The notes under the pieces are model-generated. The model made no database searches and was not told where the DNA came from. It saw only the letters and a program-made list of their open reading frames with translations. A program made the translations under genes and the position numbers. From positions 1-43,818 of the IMG/VR virus record IMGVR_UViG_3300031965_000062: a stretch of DNA of 43,818 nt. One strand, given 5' to 3'. Shown piece after piece: positions 1 through 7,337 of the stretch (positions are counted from its first letter, which is position 1; each line of letters opens with the position of its first letter). The DNA comes from a virus (Duplodnaviria > Caudoviricetes).

Positions 1-248
1 TAGTGTGTCTCTGCCCACGTCGTACCGACCTTGTAGTTGCCCCGTAGAGGAAGCCTCATCCCGAGACTCTCTCCCGCGTCGGCGATTGCTTTCGTGAGGG
101 TCTTCCCGACCATCTCGGCGAGTGCCGGGTGGCACGCCCATTGAAACTCGTCATGGACCCACAGCACAGGAAACGCCGAGCCGATCTCAATCAAAACGGC
201 CGACTCGCGCCACGCTTGATCGTAGGCCCTCTTCATTATGATGGCTTC
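1..248. repeat. Terminal direct repeat, copy 1 (assembly circular overlap with 43571-43818)
   Basis: 1-248 equals 43571-43818 except position 128 G vs 43698 A. It lies inside the DNA polymerase gene, so it is not a biological terminal repeat. Confidence 0.95.
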
Positions 249-1913
249 GTTGCCTTGAAGCAACGTACCGAGTGCGAGGTGCTGAGACTCAATTACGATT
301 CTACGTCCATCGAGACAGACGACATACCCGCGCTTTGCCGCGGTAGCAAGTGCCTGCTGCATGTCCTGAAAACCTTGCATGTTCTCGCGCATTCTCTTCA
401 TCACTCGGGCGCCCAGAGAGGCAGCCTTCGTCAGCGGGGGAACAGGTTTGTCGGTCAATCCGCCATTGAACGCCTCTCTCCAGTCTTGCAGCGTGATGAG
501 ACCCTGCTTGTACTTTCCCGCGCCAAGCCACGTTGCATAGGTCAGGGTTTTCTGGCGTTCACGAGTGAACAGACCGCTTGCCTTCCGCATGTACTCGTGC
601 GCGTCGCCGTCGGGGTCGCCGACCAATTTCGCGAGTAACCCCCCGTCGAAGCGGGCAACGTAGTGGGCGTAGATGGCGAGTTGAAGAGCGGAGGCGTCAG
701 CCCCCACGAGAGCGTAGTTGGAGGGAACGTTACCTCCGCCCGCCACGAAAAGCGCTCGACAGGCTTTGCCGTAGACCGACTTCGCGGCACTCGGAACGTT
801 GGCGAGGTTCGGTTTGGCGTGGGCAGCGCGGTGGGTGCGTGCGCCGAGGGGGTAGATAGTCCCGTGAATGCGACCGTCTACTTCGAGCGACAGCCAAGCC
901 TGCTTGCCTTCGCTCAAGTAACCCGCAGTCTTCTCGATCGTCTTGTAGTCTGCACAGAGCTGCGCTTCGGGCCAAGGCAGATCCCGCAACACCTCATCGG
1001 AAGTCACCGGCAGCCCGCCGGGGGTAAACTCGTTCGGCTGCCATCCGTACATCGCGATGAGACGTCGGGCGATCTGCGGCCCTGACCTCGGGTTGAACTC
1101 TTCGATCTTGTACTTCTGATAAGGCACGCTCTTGACGCGGGGAGGGAACCAGCCCTCTTCGCCTTCCTTGCACTTTCGGCAGACCATGTTTCGCTTCGGA
1201 GTCACCGGCAGACCGTCTTTGACAGTGATCGGGGGGAAGACTTCACGAAGTCGGTCTTCCAAGACAGACCGCTTCTCAGCGAGATCGACGAGAAGGGCGA
1301 CGGCCGCATTCTTGTCGAAGCCGACTCCAAACTGGCGCTGCTTCTCCACGTAGTAGAGCATCATGCTTTCGAGGTGCCAGACCTCGTGGGGATGCGGCTT
1401 CTTGAGGAAGTGGGTAAGCAGTCGTCCCGTGGCTCGAACGTCGCCCGCGCAATATGCTTGCATCTCCGGGCTCCACTTCTCCCAGCCGCCGTCGTACTTC
1501 ATTTTTCCTTCAGAGCCGAGCTTCAAGCGGTGTGACCACGCTTCGAGAGAGTGGTGGCCTGCTAACTCGCTGGGAAGGACGCCCCTTGCGACCAGCCCAC
1601 GATCAGGGATGAGCAGCATGTTCTTGGGTCCACCGCCTGGGTAGAGGGTGTGCGACATGGCGAGGGTGTCGAGGTACTTGTGGCGGAGAACGTCGTAGGC
1701 GTGGAGTTTTTCTAGGACTATCATGTCAAAGCCGCAGATATTTTGACCAGCAAGAACGTCCGCGGTTTCCAGGTGCGCGATCAGAGCGTCTTGTTGTCCG
1801 GGGCCATACTCGGTCATTTCACCTGAATCAATGTCGAGCACAACGCCGCAGTGAATGACGGAGACGACGTCAAGAAAGCCGTCAGTTTCCAGGTCGAAGA
1901 GAAGTCGTTTCAT
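1..1913 (-). CDS. T7 gp5-like family A DNA polymerase with 3'-5' exonuclease, about 637 aa; the TAA stop is completed across the circular junction (43570-43572)
   Basis: Manual translation from ATG 1913: MKRLLFDLETDG (ExoI), QNICGFD (ExoII), DGRIHG..THRAAH..PNLANVP, motif A DASALQL, motif B RERQKTLTY, motif C WVHDEFQ, C-terminus GTTWAETH. The ORF track missed it because the stop is at the window edge. Confidence 0.95.
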   Translation of the reverse strand, partial: MKRLLFDLETDGFLDVVSVIHCGVVLDIDSGEMTEYGPGQQDALIAHLETADVLAGQNICGFDMIVLEKLHAYDVLRHKYLDTLAMSHTLYPGGGPKNMLLIPDRGLVARGVLPSELAGHHSLEAWSHRLKLGSEGKMKYDGGWEKWSPEMQAYCAGDVRATGRLLTHFLKKPHPHEVWHLESMMLYYVEKQRQFGVGFDKNAAVALLVDLAEKRSVLEDRLREVFPPITVKDGLPVTPKRNMVCRKCKEGEEGWFPPRVKSVPYQKYKIEEFNPRSGPQIARRLIAMYGWQPNEFTPGGLPVTSDEVLRDLPWPEAQLCADYKTIEKTAGYLSEGKQAWLSLEVDGRIHGTIYPLGARTHRAAHAKPNLANVPSAAKSVYGKACRALFVAGGGNVPSNYALVGADASALQLAIYAHYVARFDGGLLAKLVGDPDGDAHEYMRKASGLFTRERQKTLTYATWLGAGKYKQGLITLQDWREAFNGGLTDKPVPPLTKAASLGARVMKRMRENMQGFQDMQQALATAAKRGYVVCLDGRRIVIESQHLALGTLLQGNEAIIMKRAYDQAWRESAVLIEIGSAFPVLWVHDEFQWACHPALAEMVGKTLTKAIADAGESLGMRLPLRGNYKVGTTWAETH

Positions 1914-1914
1914 G

Positions 1915-2499
1915 CTATATCCCCTTTACATTCGCGCGAAGGCGATCGAACCTGCGGATGAACTTCTCTTTGGTCTGTTCGATCGTCAGAGTCGCGATCG
2001 GAGCGAAAAACCAGTAGAAAGTCGCAGGCACAGTCGGCGAAGGCCGCCACTCAACGCGCGGCAAGAGCCGTAAACTCTCGAACCTGTACGCTTCGAGATC
2101 CGCTTCCTTGACGACCGGATGGAAAGAGCCGGGAAGGTCGAAGGCTAGAGCAACTTGCTCTTGAACGCGATCCTCGATCTCTCTAAACCCTCCAAGGCAG
2201 TCCTTAACAGGTGTCGCAACGTCAGGAAGGTAGGCTTCGGATGCGTCATGAAGAAGACCACATAGCTGCTTCATCGGACTCGCACCCCACGACTCCAAGA
2301 TGCTCGACACGAAAAGAGAGTGCGTCGCCACACTGTAAAACTCCGAGCAGTGACCCGTATACCGACACTTCATCGAAAGCGCGTGAGCGATGTCGAGGAT
2401 GCTGATATCCGCGTACCGCGGAGCTAGGGGAAAGAACTGGACTCCTGTGTACGTGCAGATCGCCGCCTTCGCGTAAGCCTCTTCTCTACCAGTATCCAC
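1915..2499 (-). CDS. HD-domain phosphohydrolase (YfdR/YfbR-like 5'-deoxynucleotidase)
   Basis: DIAHALS..CRYTGH..FYSVATHS..LLHDASEAY..D..TPVK..VKEAD pattern. Confidence 0.85.
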   Translation of the reverse strand: MDTGREEAYAKAAICTYTGVQFFPLAPRYADISILDIAHALSMKCRYTGHCSEFYSVATHSLFVSSILESWGASPMKQLCGLLHDASEAYLPDVATPVKDCLGGFREIEDRVQEQVALAFDLPGSFHPVVKEADLEAYRFESLRLLPRVEWRPSPTVPATFYWFFAPIATLTIEQTKEKFIRRFDRLRANVKGI

Positions 2500-2511
2500 C
2501 TTGTTTGACTC

Positions 2512-2874
2512 CTAATTCGCGACCGGGTAAGCGCCGCCGTCATAATGAGGGACAGCACGCGCTTTTGCCTCCTCCTCGTAGTGCTGAGCGACAGCGAGGC
2601 GAAGGGCGAGAGCCGCGATAGCGAGGCGGTGTTCACTCTCCTCGGGCAAACGGGGTAGGTCATCGGCCTTCAAGTAGACGACGGACTCGGACGCATTTTC
2701 TCCGCGCCCGTGCGTTTCGATCGTGGTATGATACTGACTTCGATACGAGAACTCCGCGACGATCTTGAGTAGGAAGTCAGAATTCGGAACCAGCTTCTGA
2801 GCCGTCTTCTGACCCGAGGTTTTCGTCGCCTCCTCCGTCGTCATCGTCAGAGGTAAATCTCGTTCCTTCTTCAT
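2512..2874 (-). CDS. Hypothetical protein (start uncertain)
   Basis: ORF filling the gap between primase-helicase and the HD gene, same strand as the operon. Confidence 0.55.
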   Translation of the reverse strand: MKKERDLPLTMTTEEATKTSGQKTAQKLVPNSDFLLKIVAEFSYRSQYHTTIETHGRGENASESVVYLKADDLPRLPEESEHRLAIAALALRLAVAQHYEEEAKARAVPHYDGGAYPVAN

Positions 2875-4417
2875 CTTGCAGTCTCCCCGTTTTTCCGTTC
2901 CAAACAAGCTCGCCGGAAGGCCCAGTGAAGCCGGTGAAGCGGCTCTTCAAAATGAAGACCTGGACGACTCGGTCGTCAGGGTCTTGTTGGTCTCGCGCAA
3001 ACGCTACTACGCTGTCGCTGAGTTGACTGATCCCGGCCGTCCCTCGCAGGTCGCCGAGAGTCGGACGGGCTCCCTCTTCAAAGCTCTTGCCTTTTTCCTT
3101 TGACTTGCTCAGGTGGCAAACAACGATCAGCCCGATGTTCACTTCCCGGGCCAGAGACGCAAGGTGAGTCATCGCCCGGTCTAAGAGGATACGTTCGGAG
3201 TCGGTCGAGTCGATCCCCGAAACCATGATCGAGATGTGGTCGAGAAAAACCCAGCGACATCCCAGACCCACTGCCATGAAGCGGATCTTTGAAAGCAGGG
3301 TCTCGCTGTCGACTGAGCCCCAGTGATCGTAGAACGCGATGCGACCCGAACCGACAGTCGCCTCGAATGCCCCTTTGAACTCGGGGTCGCCGGGAGCCAT
3401 CGGGTCAAGGTGAAGCGGTCGGTTGAGGTGGAGCGACATGAGAGCCGTCGCGGTCCTCTTGACGCTTTCTTCAAGCGCGATGTAGCCGACTTGCTCGCCG
3501 CTTTGGATCAGACTGAACGCCGTCTCGCGGCACACCGTAGATTTTCCGACGCCCGTACCGGCGCAGAACGTGACCAGCTCTCCTCGCCGGAGGCCGCGCA
3601 GGTTGGCGTTGAGGTGGAAGAAGGGATATTCCGCCTCGGTCACAGGGTCCGCCACTTGAAGACGATCCCACAGCTCCGTTCCCTCGACGATCCCGTCCGG
3701 GCGGTACGGCTTTGCCTGCCACATCGCCGAAATGAGTTCGTGGCCTCGGCGGGCGACAAGCATTTCGTTCGCATCCTTGAGCGGCAACGTCGCGATCGAG
3801 GCTTTCCCCGGAGGAAGCAACTCGGCGCAGATCTGCGCGGCGTCGCGGCCCGGCTCGTCGTTGTCGAACATGAGGACGACTTCGTCGAAGGACGAGATCC
3901 ATTCGATGTTCTCACGGATCGAGCGAGCCGCGGACCCGGCGCCGTCTTTGACCGAGACGACGGGCCACTTATTGCCTTGGACCTGGGACATCGACATCGC
4001 GTCTAGCTCGCCTTCGGTGACGACGACTTTTCGACCCCCGCCTTTCCAACACTGCTGGCCGAACAGGACCGCCTTTTTCGAGTCGCCGACCCAGACGAAT
4101 TTCTTGTCGGCGGAGCGGCGCTTCTGCGCAACCGGGCGGCCTTTGACGTCATAGTAAGTGGCGTAGTGGAACGGAGGGTCGAGACGGTAGTCGAACTTAC
4201 GGAGGGTCTCTTCGCTGAGACAGCGCTTCAAGAGAGGAGCGTAGCTGCCGCGGTGAAGCGACTTACTCGCGCCGGTTTTTTCGGCCTCTTCCCCTTCGCC
4301 CGCCTCGTAGGCTCCGCATCCGAAGCAGTACCCGTGACCGTCATCGTAACGCCCGAGGTTGTCGCGACTACCGCAGTGCGGACAAGGCTCATGGCGAATG
4401 ATCGCCGACTCGGTCAT
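2777..4417 (-). CDS. T7 gp4-like DNA primase-helicase
   Basis: Zn finger CPHCGSRD..CFGC, TOPRIM VTEGELDAMS and FDNDEPG, Walker A AGTGVGKST, LDHISI, LRGTAGISQLSD, KSRFTG. Confidence 0.97.
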   Translation of the reverse strand: MTESAIIRHEPCPHCGSRDNLGRYDDGHGYCFGCGAYEAGEGEEAEKTGASKSLHRGSYAPLLKRCLSEETLRKFDYRLDPPFHYATYYDVKGRPVAQKRRSADKKFVWVGDSKKAVLFGQQCWKGGGRKVVVTEGELDAMSMSQVQGNKWPVVSVKDGAGSAARSIRENIEWISSFDEVVLMFDNDEPGRDAAQICAELLPPGKASIATLPLKDANEMLVARRGHELISAMWQAKPYRPDGIVEGTELWDRLQVADPVTEAEYPFFHLNANLRGLRRGELVTFCAGTGVGKSTVCRETAFSLIQSGEQVGYIALEESVKRTATALMSLHLNRPLHLDPMAPGDPEFKGAFEATVGSGRIAFYDHWGSVDSETLLSKIRFMAVGLGCRWVFLDHISIMVSGIDSTDSERILLDRAMTHLASLAREVNIGLIVVCHLSKSKEKGKSFEEGARPTLGDLRGTAGISQLSDSVVAFARDQQDPDDRVVQVFILKSRFTGFTGPSGELVWNGKTGRLQDEEGTRFTSDDDDGGGDENLGSEDGSEAGSEF

Positions 4418-4429
4418 GGGGTGGGTCTC

Positions 4430-4681
4430 CTAGAAATTCTTGTCGGGTACGCGCGGCGTCGAGTCTTTCACCAAGACGGGATCGACGCAGACCATGTAGC
4501 AGGCCATTTCGAGTACAACTTCGCCGTCCTCTGACGACGCCGTCTTTTCGATCGAGACCTTGAGGGGGGGAGGAGTCTTTACTCGATCGGGGTCGCAGGC
4601 TTTGGGGAGCAACACCGTTCCCACGATAAGCAGAGCGACGAACAGCCAAAAGAGCGCCGCCTCAATGAGGGGCCGCCTCAC
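4430..4681 (-). CDS. Small membrane-anchored hypothetical protein
   Basis: N-terminal hydrophobic helix ALFWLFVALLIVGTVLL; abuts neighbouring genes. Confidence 0.6.
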   Translation of the reverse strand: MRRPLIEAALFWLFVALLIVGTVLLPKACDPDRVKTPPPLKVSIEKTASSEDGEVVLEMACYMVCVDPVLVKDSTPRVPDKNF

Positions 4682-4887
4682 GGTTGCAGTTCGTAATGGG
4701 AATACTTCGCACCGGAAAAGTCGGTGCGAATCATCGTGTGGATGTCGTGCCCCTCATTGCGAAGCTCCATGATGCGCGGAGCAAGACGTGCGATCTTGTG
4801 GACGATGAGAGCTTCGACAGGAGTGATGCTCCCGTTCCGCCGTAGATGCGTAAGGACAATTTCCTTGTGGGTCGGTCGCGATTTCAT
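4678..4887 (-). CDS. Small winged helix-turn-helix protein
   Basis: VLTHLRRNGSITPVEA..IARLAPRIMELRNEGHDI is a typical small phage HTH; RBS AGGAG before ATG 4887. Confidence 0.75.
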   Translation of the reverse strand: MKSRPTHKEIVLTHLRRNGSITPVEALIVHKIARLAPRIMELRNEGHDIHTMIRTDFSGAKYSHYELQP

Positions 4888-4897
4888 TTCGTTTCTC

Positions 4898-5383
4898 CTA
4901 GTGGTCGACATTGACTTCTTCGCGCAGGAACCGGTAGAGGCGTTGGGCCGTTTCAATCGTTAAGTCGCCTTTACTGACATTGCAGGGAGCACAGAGAAAC
5001 GTCGCGTTGCCGAGCTGGTAGGGCCTGCTGGGGTCTAATGCGTCGAGGTGAGCTGCGTCAGCAGCGTTCGGCCCCTCACTTGAAGATAATACGATCTCGG
5101 TTCCGCAGAGGGCACACTCGCCCCCGTTGCAGTCCCAAAGAAACTCAAGAGTCGCAGCTAGTTCCTTCGAGTCAGCGTTGAAGGGAATCCCCCGCCTCCT
5201 CATTCGCTTGATGGCGTTAAACGCAAGCCTTCGAAACGGGTTCTCATCATTCCATTTTCGGTTGACCGCTCGACTGCAAGGCCTGCAGCGGTGGTGGAGG
5301 CCGTCGGGCTTCGAGCGGCTCAGATGGAACTCCGTCCGCGACTTTTCTTCCTTGCATCTCGAACACCTCTTGGTCTCACTCAT
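4898..5383 (-). CDS. Free-standing HNH endonuclease
   Basis: N-terminal CxxC..EF..CxxC, then CALCG..HLD..GNATFLCAPCNVSKG. Confidence 0.8.
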   Translation of the reverse strand: MSETKRCSRCKEEKSRTEFHLSRSKPDGLHHRCRPCSRAVNRKWNDENPFRRLAFNAIKRMRRRGIPFNADSKELAATLEFLWDCNGGECALCGTEIVLSSSEGPNAADAAHLDALDPSRPYQLGNATFLCAPCNVSKGDLTIETAQRLYRFLREEVNVDH

Positions 5384-5846
5384 CGAGCCACTCCCGAGGT
5401 ATAACGCCGTCCGCGAAGAGGACTCCAACCTTTTCACACACATTTGCGTAGGTGGTCTTACTGCCTTTCCGGATCGGGGTCTTAGACCTTTGGAACACGT
5501 AGCGGATGTCGATCTCGGGGTGTTGTTTAATGCATTCTAGCTCCGCTATGCGATCTTCCGGAACCCACCACCCCTTCGCCTCAACGACGATCAACTTGTC
5601 GGTTCTCGTCGTGATCCAAAAGTCGAAGGTCTTTCGTCGGGCCTTGGCGGGCGGGGTGAATTCGAGGGGTCGCTGTTCATACTCGAATTCAACTCCCGCC
5701 GCCTCAAGTTGAGCGACGATCTGGGCCTCGAATTTAGAACGGAGGGCGCGGGCCTTAGAACTCCACGCCGCCTTCCTCGTCACCCAGTCCGGTTTCGCTG
5801 CTGTCATCGCCATCCTCGCTGTTCTCGTCGACGCTGGGGGCGTCAT
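5376..5846 (-). CDS. T7 gp3-like endonuclease I (Holliday junction resolvase); the true start is probably downstream, near 5783
   Basis: RSKFEAQI..FEYE..DF..VEAKG..HPEIDIRYVF..KGSKTTYA; located after SSB as in T7. Confidence 0.92.
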   Translation of the reverse strand: MTPPASTRTARMAMTAAKPDWVTRKAAWSSKARALRSKFEAQIVAQLEAAGVEFEYEQRPLEFTPPAKARRKTFDFWITTRTDKLIVVEAKGWWVPEDRIAELECIKQHPEIDIRYVFQRSKTPIRKGSKTTYANVCEKVGVLFADGVIPREWLDE

Positions 5847-6447
5847 CTTCGTAATCGCCGCTCTCGTCGCCGAAGCCGTAGTCCGACGCTTCGCGCTCGC
5901 CCGCCGTGACGAGGCTCAAGATCTGAACCGCGTTCAGCTCCAGCGTGACGCCGAAGCCGAGGGCGTCCGTGAACCAAGGGCTTATAGTGAAGTTGATTCG
6001 TCCGACGGTCCCGCCCCAGATCGGCTCAGTGATTTTCTTCGTCTCGCCGGCCGCCCCGAAAATCGGGAGCTTCGTGACGTACGCTTCTCCCGTCGACGAG
6101 TCGATCCCACCGCCGCGCTTCTTGAACCGAAACCGCGTCACTCCCGGGATCTCTTCTTTGTCTTTGTCGAGGGCCGCACTGAAGGGGAAGTCGAACTTCT
6201 TGAGCTTGGTCTTCCGCTTCGATTGCCGGCAGATGTTGTATTCACTCTCGAAGTTCTCTTCGATGAGCTTTGCAAGGTCGGCAGCTTCTTGACCCTCAAG
6301 GTCCAAGCTCACCTGATACTCGCCGTGCTCTTTCTTGAACTTCTTGTCAGGGCGGGTCAGCTTCGGAAACACGAAACGCCCTGCGACGGTCGAGCCCGTG
6401 TAAAGCTCTTTCCGCGGTCTGAAATAGTAATCGCTACCTTTTGCCAT
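5755..6447 (-). CDS. T7 gp2.5-like single-stranded DNA-binding protein
   Basis: FPKLTRPD, IWGGT, GVTLELNAVQI, acidic C-terminal tail ending in F. Confidence 0.92.
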   Translation of the reverse strand: MAKGSDYYFRPRKELYTGSTVAGRFVFPKLTRPDKKFKKEHGEYQVSLDLEGQEAADLAKLIEENFESEYNICRQSKRKTKLKKFDFPFSAALDKDKEEIPGVTRFRFKKRGGGIDSSTGEAYVTKLPIFGAAGETKKITEPIWGGTVGRINFTISPWFTDALGFGVTLELNAVQILSLVTAGEREASDYGFGDESGDYEDDAPSVDENSEDGDDSSETGLGDEEGGVEF

Positions 6448-6592
6448 CGTCGTCTAGCTCCTGTTCTTCGATTGCCGAGACATCAATACCCCGCTCGACC
6501 AGTTGAAAGTACTTATCCAGCGGTAGCTGGCAATCGTTTGCCCGGAGCCACCGCCTCGCCTCTCTCAGTAGACCTTCAGTTTCAGCGTCCAC
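6434..6592 (-). CDS. Small hypothetical protein (52 aa, not in the ORF track)
   Basis: Manual translation MDAETEGLLREARRWLRANDCQLPLDKYFQLVERGIDVSAIEEQELDDDGKR*; fills the gap before SSB. Confidence 0.55.
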   Translation of the reverse strand: MDAETEGLLREARRWLRANDCQLPLDKYFQLVERGIDVSAIEEQELDDDGKR

Positions 6593-6699
6593 TGGGCTAC
6601 TCGTCTTCAGCAACTACTGCGATCTTCGTAGTAGACCCAGCCTCGTCTACGTAGAGGCGTTCTCTCCTAATAGAGCCTTTCATGTCAGATCCCTTTCTT

Positions 6700-6954
6700 C
6701 TAGCCCTTGGTCCGGCCGCGGTTTCGTTTACGTGAGATCTTGGCGAGGTTGTTCCGGATCTTCCGGCGAGCCCGACGCTTCCGTCGCAGAAACTCTTTCT
6801 CACTGATCGCGGCGGGCGCCTGCTTTGCGATCTGTTCTGCCAAAAGATCGACGAAGAGGTTGATCCTCTTCTGCCGCGCGTTCAGGAAGTACCAGAGCGC
6901 CAGCCCGCCAAGCAAGAGCCCCGCGAAGATGCATATCGCAATCAGTTCAGTCAT
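6700..6954 (-). CDS. Membrane-anchored basic hypothetical protein
   Basis: N-terminal TM helix and Arg/Lys-rich C-terminus; overlaps the upstream stop. Confidence 0.6.
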   Translation of the reverse strand: MTELIAICIFAGLLLGGLALWYFLNARQKRINLFVDLLAEQIAKQAPAAISEKEFLRRKRRARRKIRNNLAKISRKRNRGRTKG

Positions 6955-7219
6955 CGGGTAACTCCTCTTTCAAGTAGCGCGCCATCGCCCGCATCTCTAC
7001 GGGGTGCTTTTCCTGAGCATCGCGCATGATGCGATCAGTCACTTCGAGGACACGTCGCGGCTCAATTCGATAACGACGACAGACCGCCAAAAAGAGAGTT
7101 GCGATGGCCGCGGTAATCTGAGCCGGCCGCTCTTTCTGGGCGCGCGTGAGCATGAGCAGCGCTGTGGTTTTGATCCCTACGGCGGTGAGATCGTAGAGCT
7201 TGTCCAGGTTCACGACCAA
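6947..7219 (-). CDS. Hypothetical protein, first gene downstream of RNAP
   Basis: RBS AGGAG upstream; helical 90-aa ORF. Confidence 0.65.
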   Translation of the reverse strand: MVVNLDKLYDLTAVGIKTTALLMLTRAQKERPAQITAAIATLFLAVCRRYRIEPRRVLEVTDRIMRDAQEKHPVEMRAMARYLKEELPDD

Positions 7220-7306
7220 CTCCTAAAAATGAGACGAACCAGAGCACGCCCGCCCCGGTCCGTCAGGTTGAATCCCACACCCCACTTGGCAGAGGATTCG
7301 GTTTTC

Positions 7307-7327
7307 TCTTTCATGGTCACCGATAGA
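7307..7327 (-). promoter_or_regulatory. Putative phage RNAP promoter, copy 1 (TCTATCGGTGACCATGAAAGA)
   Basis: Identical 21-mer at 10311-10331. Lies just after the RNAP stop like T7 phi1.1, and has a GGTGAC core and GAA start resembling SP6-type promoters. Confidence 0.6.
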
Positions 7328-7337
7328 TGTGCAACTC

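Noticed and set aside
1-248. End repeat as the biological direct terminal repeat
   Set aside because: It falls inside the DNA polymerase gene. It is an assembly overlap, and the real ends are more likely near 19050.
7262-7291. GGTTGAATCCCAC as a tRNA 3' fragment or att core
   Set aside because: The T-loop is imperfect, there is no matching stem or CCA, and no tRNA cloverleaf was seen.
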